From Ruditapes philippinarum (Eukaryota), in contig NW_026852212.1 in the NCBI RefSeq assembly GCF_026571515.1, forward strand, positions 62,001 to 126,000: a stretch of 64,000 bases of DNA. Direction: 5' to 3'. Below, piece after piece: positions 25,975 through 38,431 of this stretch (positions within the stretch are counted from its first letter, which is position 1; every line of letters starts with the position of its first letter). Position numbers and translations under genes: made by a program. The notes under the pieces are model-generated. The model ran no database searches, was not told where the DNA came from, and saw nothing but the letters and a program-made list of their open reading frames with translations.

Positions 25975-27424
25975 TTTCTGTCCCCCGCCTTCTCGAAGAA
26001 AAAGGGGGATATAGAGATAGGCTCCGTCCGTCTGTCTGTCCGTCTGTCTGTCCATCCGTGCAAACATTTTGGGTTGAGGGGCTATGTAACAGTGAAGAGA
26101 ACAAAAGAGAACAATATGTTAATTCTGAAATCAAAGGGTTTATGATCTTATAGCCCGTAATAAAAAACAAAGAAAATAACAAAGAAAATAGCCCATAAAC
26201 CCAAAATGTCCATAAATTTGTCATTTATCAAAGGAATATGAAATAACTTTGCACAAATATTTGTTTTAATGAAACGATGTGTCATGCGCAACAACCAGAT
26301 CCCTACTTTCGAGGTCAAGGTCGCACTTGCCTATTCAAGGTCAACATTTTCTATTTGAGGGTACATGTCGTGTCCAGGCCATAACTTTCTTATCTTTAAA
26401 AGGATTCTATAAATACTTGTCACAATTATCACAATAATGAGACGATGTGTCATGCGCAACAACCGGTCACATACCTTCAAAGTCAAGGTCACACTTGATG
26501 GTCAAAGATGAACATAGTCTGTTACAGGATATATTTTTTGTCCGTTCAATAACTTTTTCAAAGATCAAAGGATTTTGAAAATACTTGGCACAAATAGTCA
26601 CTATTATAAGACAATTTGTCATGCGCAACACCTGCATACCTACCTCCAAGGTCAAAGTCACACTTAGAGGTCAAAAATGAACATAGTCTGTTAGAGTTTA
26701 TATTGTGTGTCCGATCTAGAACTTCTTCATAGTTCAATTGATTTTGAAATAGCTTGGCACAAATAGTCACAATAATAAGATGATATGTCAAGTACAGCAC
26801 TTGCACTATCTCCAAGGTCAATGTCACACTTAGAGATCAACAATTTACATTGTCTGCTATAGGGTATATTTTGTTTTGTGTCCAGTCCATAACTTTTTCA
26901 TAGATCAAAGGATTTTGAAAATACTTTGCAAAAATAGTCACTATAATAAGACAATGTGTCATGCGCAACACCTGCATCCCTACCTCCAAAGGATACGCTT
27001 AGAGGACAAAACTTGGGTCCCTACCTCCAAGGTGACACTTAGAGGTTAGAGATTAACATAGTCTGTTATAGAGTATATTTTGTGTCCGATGTATAACTTC
27101 TTTATAGTTCAAGGGATTTTGAAAATACTTGGCACGAATACTTATAATAATAACGATATGTCATGCACAACACCTCCACACCTACCTCCAAGGTCAAGGT
27201 CACACGTAGACGTCAAAGCTTAACATGATAGATTTTTAAATTCTGTGTTTCATTTTATTTCTTTAATAAATTTATTGTTGCATTTGCAGATCTAGCATTG
27301 ATCATAATTTTGGACTGAAAGTCTTGAGATCCATACCTCAATCTTTTGAAATAGCACAATTTTATGCTTCATTTAAAACTTCCCATGGCGGGGGACGTTT
27401 GTTACTCTGTTACAAATTCTGGTT
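25975..27424 (+). mobile_element. Helentron/HINE-type non-autonomous element with microsatellite and internal ~150-bp satellite repeats
   Basis: 5' tgtcccccgcc...ggggga hairpin, (GTCC/GTCT)n at 26025-26058, about 6-7 units containing aaggtcaaggtcacacttagaggtcaa, and 3' ggcgggggac (inverted to the 5' word) followed by a short terminal palindrome. This is the architecture of bivalve CvA/DTC84/HINE elements. Confidence 0.8.
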
Positions 27425-29537
27425 TCGAACTACTTTAAAAGAAATCTGCTTTTTTGAACTTCTTTTAAAAAATTTGCTCTTTTTACAGAATGACTAGTCC
27501 AAGATTTTCGCAAATAATATGTTTTCACTTGCCATTTATTTTAATATTTTAAACACTTTTATCAAAGAAATATCTATATAAAAAACATTAGTTGGATATA
27601 TTGTCTAATAACATCGTTGGGTATGAAATGTATGTGACATGCAGAACTAACACACACACATATACCACGTAAGCACCATAGTAACGGATCGTATTGTCAT
27701 GTTTATCAAATTTGTTGATTGCGAATCGGTTACATTCCTGGAATTTATATAATGAATTGTGTCATTTTGGAAGTCTATATCTAAATCGCTTACAACTTGC
27801 ATAATGACAAAGAGTACTTACCTTTACGGCAAAGCTAGATGTTAGAACTACCTATATTAGACTGTATGTATTGTATATTTTTTATAGTATATTGATGGAA
27901 ATTTGCTCCCTCTTAAATCATAATATTTTATGGAAAAAATGTGTCACTTTACAGAATAAAGCAGACATAGTTGCAACAGATAATATCAAAACATTTTTAA
28001 GCGACATTTAGGTTAGTATTCCACCTATCACTGCTTAGTTCATTTTGTTATGACATTTAATGTTGTCTATACCATGCCTAGGTACACTGCAACATACAAA
28101 ACAACTACAAAAACCAAATAATAATCATGATAATAACAATGAAGCAATGGTTTTTTTTTCAAATAATTGGCTTCTAGTATAAGGGAATACCGATGGTACA
28201 TAAAATTTTGACTCCGTTGAAAAATGACCCGACCCCAGTGGTCAATTTTCAACGTTGAAATATGACTCATGGTCAATTTTAACATTGAGAATTGACCCTG
28301 CCAATATTGTTACATTAAATTTTGATACAAAAGTCGTTGAAATCTGATCAGTCATTAAATAACAATGAAATATCATAATATTTAATTTCAGTTTACAATC
28401 AATGCCATTACAGTTAAGAAACAAACTAATTTTTAATTATCACAATTTTGAAACAAATTATTTCTTCGTTTAATATATAATAATTTTAAGAAATTTTATA
28501 GCGTGCTTCTAAATAATATGCATAAATTTGTCATACAACATAACATATTCTTCTAACATCACATCGATGTCCGGTTGACAAGTTACCGTACCCTTATTTA
28601 GTAAAAATGGCTTAAGTCTATCCCGTCAAATTAGTGTATGAACTAATTGAGAAAATGTCACTCAAATGGTTTGGTCATATATCATGGAACAAGTTACATC
28701 TAAGAATGAATATTATGATATGTATAGTCTCTGTTAAAGTACTTCATCGACATATCTTCTTGATTCTACGCAAATTGGTAATATGCAAAAACAAAATTGT
28801 GCAAGTTAAGGACGTTCTTTTCGGTTGCGGATGAGCTTTTGCTCGGATTCGCTCTTGAATAGTACATTATTATGCTCTATGTGTAGGTAATTCAGTGTTT
28901 ATTCAATTCATCGGTGAACGATTGTTTAAGTTTTTATCAGAACTATTTTCATATCATCAGATTGACTATCACTTTACCATTTGAAAGAACGGTAATCCAC
29001 TTTGAATATGTGCCTTGTATTTCTTTCTTTTGTCCATTAAGATTAACCTGTTCCAAATATTTATCATGTCAATTCATCTTCGTTGCTTTGTTGTTATGCA
29101 ACCAACCTCCCCTATAATTGGCAGAATAGAAGCAAATCTGTGGTCTCTCATGTAATGTCTTTTGAAAATGGCGCTGTATATTATCAAGTGATTAGACGTC
29201 ATTAGAGCGTACAAAATAAAAGCAGTAATAATTTTGGTTTCAGACAAGAATTACAACTGTGTATGTACCGTGCTTTTATAAAGACCAAACTAAGGAAACT
29301 TTCTCCTATGATTGTTAATATTTAAAGCAACTTACTAGTTTGATTCATTCATGAACATGAATTAACATGAACAAAAAATAATATTTATACAAACTGTACA
29401 AAATGATACACTCAAACATAATTTTGTACTCCAAACACACAATTATGAATGTACAGTTACAATTAATAACAAAGAAACTCCGCCCTTAAATGTAATTTTC
29501 TACGAAAACGGATTGCACTTTGACATCTCTTAACATT

Positions 29538-32500
29538 TCAATTCCCACCTTCATCTTTTAACATGATATTGGCTTTTTCTGATCTTTTATGAACTCTCTT
29601 CATTAAATTGAAAGACACAATAGCAAAAACGAAGGTGGCAAACATTGAAAAACTCAAAAATATATTTGAATAAATAAACCACATTTGTGAAACTTTTTCC
29701 ATCAGATATCCAACTAAAATAGGAACACCCATCTTCCCAAAGCTCATGAAGATAAAGAAAATGCTCGCCATTTTACCCGTCAAAGTGCAGACATTTTTAG
29801 ACAACCATGAAAATACTAAGCTAAATAAAACAGACATTCCGAAACCAATAACTCCAATAGACACCCACTCCAAAATGATTTGATCAAATATCACAGCCAG
29901 CAAAAATAACACCGAACCTGAAGTATATATAACACTAAATATGAAAATCATTGAGGACATACTAAGGAACTTTATAACAACAATGCCAACTAATCGACCA
30001 ACTGAAAAAGTAATCCAAAATACAGAAGATGCAACAGACCCCATTGCTTTACTCCATTTGCGCTCCGATACTAAAAATGTCATAAGAAAACCTATAAAAC
30101 AATTCTCACTAACGATATAGAGCAACATAGCCGACGCTAACAGAATGGTAAATGTATATTTCATCCTTTTACTTAAGAAGTACCGATTTCGATGTGAACT
30201 TATTTCACAATCAGAAACATCATTAAGGGTGTTATATACACTGCCGTAAACGCAGTAAATCACAGCATAAAAACCGACAGACAGTAAACAAAGGAGTGAC
30301 GTCGCACCGTATGGAATATAAATGAATGTTTCTGCGTATTCAGTTACAGAAGTGTTGCCATTTATTTGTTCACTTTGACTTTCAGTAACAGCTTTTACAT
30401 TTCCTGTGGGTTTCAAATACGGTGTTGCCAAATAGGAAGTATTTGAAACAAGCGGTTCAAAATTAGCGGGAAAACTATTTAAATCGGCTAAAAAAGGCTC
30501 TGCAACCAAAGGGGATACAATCGCTCCAGCACTGAACGCAAATTGCACAGCTTGCATATACGGTCCAGCTTTCTGTTTCCACACAAGGGCCATGTCAGCA
30601 GTTGCCGCTGAAGATGAGAAACACAAAATGTACATGTCAAACATTACCCACCTTTTCATATTACATTCCCACTCTTAAAATGTTATGAATCACTATCTTA
30701 ATTTTAAAAACAACTCTCATTGTTAAAAAAAACAGCTCTTTACTCAAACATTTAATAACATGTAATAAGCAATACCTATCTATATCAGTTACTAATTCAT
30801 AATTCAACAAAACAGACATGTGCATTTTTGTGAAATAACATGCGCGAAGTCTTGTAAAAGATATACTATGCTCATCTTTGAGTAAAATATTTTTATATCA
30901 TAGAAATGTATTGAAACCTGTGATATTCTTATTGAATAGGACTTATTTGAATAAAAAAACTTATTAACTTACAATTGTTATATTACATGCACGAAGTGTT
31001 TTTAAAGATATACTATGCTCATCCTTGAGTACAATATTTTTATCACAGAAATTTATTGAAACCTATGATATTCTTATTGAATAGGACTAATTTGAATAAA
31101 ACAACTATTTAACTATGTATGAGAAGCTACGTTCCCTATTACCGGCCAAGCAAATTTGGTACTTTCTTTAAAAAAACTGCCAGTATTTTTATAACACTAT
31201 ATTCTGACTACCTATAGTGTGTAGAATTTTAAACATGACCTATCTACTTTGTGCGAAGTCTAAACCTGTTTATGTTAGGTATACAAGGAGACTGTGTAAC
31301 AATTATTAATATTATCTAATATCAAATTTGAGCATAGTATATCTTTAAATAAGTATTCATTTAACGTTTAGATAAAAATAAAACCTGTTTAAACCTGTTT
31401 CGAGAGATGATGCGCAAACCCCGTAAAACCCATGAACGACCAACATTGCCGCCAGGTGGTAGCACCAAGGTGTAAGGGCAGCCGAAACACCCATAACTAT
31501 AATAGTGGCGACGAAAACTCCGATTTTATTGAAACGATCATAAGCGAAACCGCCACAGATAGCACCAAGTAATCCACTGAAAACAAATATAAACTCATAA
31601 TAAGAAAATATTTGATCATTTTGTAATACAGAAATATATACTCATTTTCAGCAAAAAAATTTCAAATTTAAAAACCAGAAATTGTCGTTATTTTAAACAA
31701 ACATGAAAAAAAGGCGACACATTGTTTTCTTACATCATAGTAAAGTTATTAACCCATTAAAACAATAATGCGGTTAAATAAACAATATGAAAATATATTT
31801 TTAGATTGCTGCATAGTGGTTCGTTTGTAACTGACGTTACCCACTTATAATGGCTTTCTATAAAACTCATTGGGCGACTTTACGAATGTGCGATCTTTCG
31901 TGATGCATCAGTTAAGGTCATTGACCCGTTACGCTATTAGATATATATTTTCTCATGAAAACTTAAAAAAATCATGTATTGTTAAATAATATTAACAGAA
32001 TGATTGACAAATTGTATCACTTTCTTAAGAAATATGATTTTAAGTTCTAAAAATAATAAATTCAATAAATATTTGAAAGTAATATACTAGTAAGGCGTCG
32101 CCTGAAAAACATTTTTTTTTTCAATTATCCATATTTCGTACTCATATATACTTTTGAATGTTCTTACTCTTTACCAAATAACACCAAACAACTTAATAAA
32201 AAATATCAAGTTAATATAAAAAACATCTCTACCATAATGAAGAACATCAAAATTACCCTAGTGACTTAGCTGTAAATATCCAGGATGCCGTGGCAAGATT
32301 CTCGTCTATTATGATTCTAAGATCAGGTAAAGTTGGACCAATCAAAGCGCTTCTCCATCCCTGCAGCACAACAGAAGGGTAAATTATTTTATTCCTCTGT
32401 AAGAGCTTTATGTTTTCAGGCGTATTTGTATTACAGTTTTATTTGTTTGGGTCGTCAGACCAAACAAATAATGGTAGCGAAATTTCAGACCCTGATATGC

Positions 32501-33542
32501 TTATTTGCAAAAATCAAAAAGAGTCCAAACTCTTCGATGCGGTATCTTCTTTTTATATGAACACTAACGCCGAAAAATTAAGGGAATATTACTGCGTATA
32601 GATTGTCAAATGACAGGCGCATTAATTTTTTAAGCCTTCCCGGGGAAGTAAAAATAGTTCCCGATTGGTCGAAGAAGTCTAATATTGTGTAATTCTTTAC
32701 AGATAAACATGCTGTTATTAAGCTCCATGATTATTTAACATCAGTGTTAAACAACAATTGTACTGTGAACACAATATCTCGAAATATATAAGGGTAACAA
32801 ACCCTTATTTAGAATAATTTGGTTTTCTTCAGGTTCTCCGTGGGCTAGAGGTTACACGCTCGTTTAGGAAGCGAGAGGTTTGGAGTTCAAATCCAAGTTA
32901 AGGTAACCCATGCTTTTTTGTGTGTTTTTTATTTTTATTTTTATGTTTTTTTTTAACTCTTTGAGCCAAATAAACATTGAAATGAATTTCAGTTTTGCCA
33001 TTAGTATTATAGCCAGTTACTACAGTTATAACACTGGAAACATCAAACATCATTGGATGCACTTTACAAAATCAAATTGGTTTAACGTCTCACAAACTTC
33101 AATCTTTCTGACATTCTGAGACACAAACAAATTCAGCTCCTTTTGTGCTTTTTTTCTTTTATGTAGATGATTTACTTTAACAGTAACCATCCTTAAAATA
33201 AGCTCGCAAAAGACATGATAAAACTGATAATGTTTCTAGCTACATTGTCTGTACGTAATACGTATATGATTAAATTTTATGACAAATTAATTTAAACTTA
33301 GATCTAGATCTATAAAATGTCATTTTAATGTATGAAAGTGCAAGAAATAACAAAAACATTACCAGTGTAAAGATGCTGATACAGATACAAGCTGTATGTA
33401 GCATTTGATGCTTAAATGTCAAGTTCTTTTCATTTCTGTTTTGTAATTTGCCATGTCTCCCGTACTCTATAACTGTTTTGGTTGTCTCACTTGAGCTAAA
33501 TTCATGCTTGTTGGCCGAATCATTTTGATCATGCATCGTCAT
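29538..33542 (-). CDS. MFSD4B-like: MFS transporter copy 4 (A-type body, copy-8-like tail), about 511 aa, intact
   Basis: Exons 33542-33363, 32360-32257, 31576-31395 and 30607-29538; GT-AG, open frame. Confidence 0.9.
31006..31344. mobile_element. TTAA-flanked MITE (Kolobok-like) in copy 4 intron 3; left end partially duplicated at ~30859
   Basis: TTAA|AGATATACTATGCTCA ... TGAGCATAGTATATCT|TTAA. Copy 2 has the empty site with a single TTAA (~12027). Confidence 0.75.
32430..33145 (+). mobile_element. ~700-bp insertion with an internal tRNA-like segment in copy 4 intron 1
   Basis: Absent from copy 2 intron 1 and shared with copy 6. Degenerate A/B boxes at 32838-32900. Confidence 0.6.
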
Positions 33543-33554
33543 TTCCTGTTGGTT

Positions 33555-33710
33555 CCTGTTGCGTTCTTTCAGTGACGTCTCCTGTTGCGTTCCTGTTGTC
33601 TTCTTTTTAGTGAAGTCTCCTGCTGCGCTCCTGTTGCGTTCTTTCAGTGACGTATCCGGTTGCAATCTTGTTGCGTTCTTATCAGTGACGTCTCCTGTTG
33701 CGTTCTTTAC
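33555..33710. repeat. 37-38-bp tandem repeat (4 units) in the predicted 5'UTR of copy 4
   Basis: agtga(c/a)gt(c/a)t anchors at 33571, 33609, 33646 and 33684. Confidence 0.85.
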
Positions 33711-34561
33711 GATGATGTCATAATTAAAGGGATAAGAAATCCACGTGTACACAAATTGATTACGTCACAGTTAGGAATAGATAATCCGAAAATTCACATT
33801 TTATAGTTGCTAGTCTGATTTATTAGCTTTAACTCAAATACGTTATCGTTAAAAAATCATTTCACCATATTTAACAATTATTTTGCAGTTTCTAAACCAG
33901 CTTGTATATAATATGGTCATACATATAGAAAGAATGAAACACAAATTAGCGTAAAAAAATATGTGATTCAATATTGTTATCATAAGTATAACCAATATTT
34001 AGTGGATTGTTCGTTTACCACCAATTAACCTTGTGTCAAATATGTACAATGTATAAATCACATACATATAAGTGATAAAAGTTACTCCATGTATAAACTT
34101 ATGTTCGGATTATGTTTACCTTATTATCAGCACAAGATTAATATAATAAATAGAAATGGACGTGAACAACCTAGTCATAATAAGATATATAAGTGACTTA
34201 GCATTGTATATTTTAAAGAAAGCATACTATTTTCTTTTTATACCAAAATAAATGTTTTATGACAAGGTATGACACTTTACAGATGGGGAAAGACATGTCG
34301 GCAATTGATAAAAAAGTTAGAAACCCATGTTTCAGAATTCTATTACGTGTAACATAGTCAACTTGAAAACCAAATATGTCTCTGAATGAATGAATGAATG
34401 AATGGATTAATTAATCATCTTATTAATCAATTATCTTATTATTTAGATTGATACTGGAATCATCAATTCTCTTAAAACTTTTGTGCCTGCATTGTAATGA
34501 ATGAATAAATGAATGAATGAATGAATTAATTAATTAATTAATTAATTGATAAATTAATTAA

Positions 34562-35385
34562 CCTTTTCCCTTATATAAGATTGTTTCGATTGTTTTTGCC
34601 CCCGCCCCCTTTTGAGGTCTCAAACAGTGAAAAAATGTCCTATTTAGGCCCCCAAAACTGTTTTTCGTTTGAGAAATGTTGTTAAAAAAGTGACAACTTT
34701 TTCGGCGCCGTCCAACATGCAAATATTACATCAGGGGGTTGCCAGAAGGGGGATGTGCCCCCTTCTGTTTGGGGGGTTTAAAGGGGAGTGGAGTCTCCCT
34801 CATCGCCAAGAATATTTTGGACATGTGACAGGCTAAAAATTACGCTGAAAAGCCTTTTACTCTACGTCAATTCATTGAGAAGTTGCAGCACTTTGAAATC
34901 AGTTTTGATGGAAAAAACATTGCAAAATAGTGAGTTTTGGCAACTTTTTAGAAGTCCCCCGTTGACATGGTAACAGGAAATTTACCATTGAGCATGCTGT
35001 TACAGAAGCTAGGGTGTAGTCAACGTTTGTGCCAAGTTTCAATAGTATTGAAGCATTTTCATAGTTTCATAGCAGTTTGAACATGTTACAGGAAGCTTTT
35101 CAATGAAAACGGCCATTTTTCGCAATATGCTCATGGGGTAAAAGGTTAATTAGTTTGAACTTGTTACAGGAGGCTTTTCAATGAAAACGGCCATTTTTCG
35201 CAATATGCTCATGGGGTAAAAGGTTAATTAGATATAAAAAATGTCATATTCGGTGTTAGGGCATGTGTTAACATGGAAAATCTAGTTTTTGTGTGATTCC
35301 AAGGTTTTTCAATATTTTCCCTTATATAAGCGTGTTTCGACGGCTTTTTGCCCCCCCCCCTTTTTGAGGTCTCAAACAGTGCCCT
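34562..35385. repeat. Repeat-derived insertion with ~65-bp terminal direct repeats and an internal 78-bp tandem duplication
   Basis: ttttcccttatataag...ttttgaggtctcaaacagtg at 34564-34629 and 35316-35381; 78-bp unit twice at 35074-35231. Confidence 0.7.
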
Positions 35386-35596
35386 AGTTAATTTTTAAAA
35401 CTACAAAATATACTTATGATTAATTCATCAACATCAATTAATGTTTATACATATTTTACAAAATGGCATATTCATATAGAATTTTGTAATCATAACACAT
35501 GATAGTACTTTAAAGAACAAATAAACACCTTGCTTTAATGTACTTAACATCGAAACAGATTGAACTTTGTCAACTCTTTAAATTTTACTACTCACC

Positions 35597-38431
35597 TTAA
35601 ATTCTCATCTTCAAGCTTTAACATAACATTGGCTTTTTCAGATCTTTTATGAACTCTCTTTATTAAATTGAAAGAAACTATATAGCAAAATGAAGGTTGG
35701 AAACATGGCAAAACTCAAACAAATATTTGAAAAAATGAACCACATTTGGGAAACTTTGTCCATTAGATATCCAATTAAAATAGGTACACCCATGTTCCCA
35801 ACACACATAAAGATAAAGAAAATACTCGCCATTTTACTTGTCAATGTGCAGACATTTTGAGACAACCACAAAAATGGTAAACAAAATAGAACAGACATTT
35901 CAAAACCAATTACTCCAATGGACATCCACTCCGATATGATTTGATCAAATAGCACAGCAAGCAGAAATATTACAGCACCGGAAGCACATATGGCACTAAA
36001 TATTAGAATCATGGAAGACAAACTAATACATTTTATAATAACAATACCAGATAATCTTTTAATCCCAAAAGAAATCCAAAAGACGGAAGACGCGACAGAC
36101 CCCATTGCTTTACTCCATTTTTGCTCCGATACTAAAAATGACATAAGAAATCCTATGTAACTATTCTCACAAACGATATAGCGCAAAATAGCCGACGCTA
36201 ACAGCATGGTAAATGTATATTTCATCCTCTTACTTAAGAAGTACCGATTTCGATGTGAACTTATTTCACAATCAGAAACGTCATGAAGAGTATCATATAC
36301 ACTGCCATAAAAACAGAAAATCACAACATTAAAACAGGCGAACAGAAAGCAAAGGAGTGACGTCATACTATATGGAATATAAATTAATGTTTCTCCGTAA
36401 TCAGGTACAGAAGAGTTGACATTTATTTCTTCTTTTATTGCTAACTTTTCAGTCACAGTTTTAAATTTCCCTGTGGTTCCAAAATACGGCGGCGCAAACG
36501 ATGATTCATTCGAATCAAGTTGTTCAAATTTGCTGGGAAAAGTAATTGTTTTGGCTAGAAAAGGTTCTGCGACCAAAGGGGATATTATCGCTCAAACATT
36601 AAAAGGAAATTGCATTGCTTGCAAATAAGGTCCGGCTTTCTTTTTCCACACAAGAGCCATATCAGCAGTCGCCGCTAAAATTGAGAAATACAAAATGCAT
36701 ATAGTAAACATTGTGTTTATTATTTTTGCTCATCAAGTTTCAACACTGGAAATCTGATGATTGAATACAAAATCGATTAACAGCGTCCATTGGTATAAAT
36801 ACAGCAATAATGTACTAACTACTCACAAAAAATTAATGACAAATAAATAGATTAATACTATCTGTGTTGAAAACAAATTCAACAAGACAAGAGACACATG
36901 CAAATGTTGCTAAATAGCCTGTGCCATTTCTTTATAGATCTATAAGTATTACATTGACTAATAAAATTTAAACCTGTTTCAAGAGAAGCTGCGCAAATCC
37001 CATGAACCCCATGAACGATCAATATTGCCGTCAGGTGGTAGCACCAAGGTGTGAGTGAAGCAGAAACTCCCATTGTTATAACAATTAGGACAAACACACC
37101 TATTTTATTGAAACGATCATAAGATAGCTCCAAGTAACCCACTGAAATTAAACAATAATTTTAACAAACTCAATTTCAGTTTGAAAAATCACGAAATTTA
37201 AAAGAAACAAACATATTTTTCCTATAAAATTGATACAAACTGAGAGCATTATATTCTTTTCTTTTTTTAGTGTTAGGTGAAAACTAATTATATTCTTTCT
37301 TGATTCCTGCATTTTCGTATTAGTCAAATGCCTTACTTTATGATGTCTTATGATGCAGTTTACTGGGATGCTTTTTAATGTACAAATCATCCTTGAAGCA
37401 TCAATTGATAATTTAATTCTTAAAATATCGCTCGTTTTGCTGTTCATGAAACATGAAAACTTTGATAAATAACGACAACGGGTAGATAAAAATGATAAAA
37501 AACCAAAGGCTAAGCACCAAGTGTTTAAGTCTGAAAATATTCGGCACTGATTTTACTACCTTGGCATGAGAAATTTTAAATAAATTATTTTTTTGACACG
37601 AAACTCGATTTCCAGATTGTCATCATTAATTTTATGTTGACAAGTTTAGTTTGTTTGTTTGGGTTTTACGTCGCACCGACACAGTATAGGTCATTTGGCG
37701 ACGTTCCAGTTTTACTGGTGGAGGAAGACCTCAGGTGCGACAAACTGATTATTATGTGGTATACACACTAAGCACCACACAAACCCCACAGTGTATGCTC
37801 CATTTTTCCACCATCATTACAACCTTCTGCATTTCACTTGAATCGTCTTATGATAGCGTTTGTCAAGTCACAGTGACCAATGTTACGAAGTCTGACCCTT
37901 CAATGACCAGACCATAAATTTGGAAAAATGGTGTATTTAGACAACACTATTCCATAAGCTTAAGATAAGATAAAACTCTCTCATGATTGTATCATGTTGA
38001 TGAAAAATTGATAACAATCTGTTCATAGTTTCTTCATATGATTTGAACAATTCACCTAAATCATACAAAACAATACAAAAATCATACTTTGTCAATTATA
38101 TGATATAGATGTCACTCTCGCCAAGTGAGGTAAATTTTGAATACATTGGGAACTATCTATTGTGAGAAACTTGCGAAAGAAATGGTGAATAGTATATTAC
38201 AATTTTTCTCCCTTTTTTACCACGTCAGTTTACTTGTAAAATTCAAACAAAAATTTTGCAATGTAATAATAAAAGTCTTACCATCGCAAGGATACTGATG
38301 AATATGCAAAATGTATGTAAAATTCGATGCCTATTTGCCGAGTTGTCCGTTTTTTTGTTCTCTATTACTGTTTCGTTTGTCTCGCTTCAAGATAATTCTC
38401 GCTTGCTTGTCGAATCATTCTTTTCCCGCAT
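35597..38431 (-). pseudogene. MFS transporter copy 5 (B-type), pseudogene lacking exon 2
   Basis: Exon 1 (38431-38282) has an in-frame TGA at 38387-38389. Exon 2 is absent (deletion junction ~37735). Exon 3 (37141-36974) is 168 nt, a 14-nt deletion causing a frameshift. Exon 4 starts at 36674, has GGA>TGA at 36592-36594 and a frameshift near 35680. Confidence 0.92.

Noticed and set aside
26270-27220. CRISPR-like array or coding repeats (ORFs 26467 and 26558)
   Set aside because: These are contiguous degenerate ~150-bp satellite monomers without unique spacers, inside a HINE element in eukaryotic DNA.
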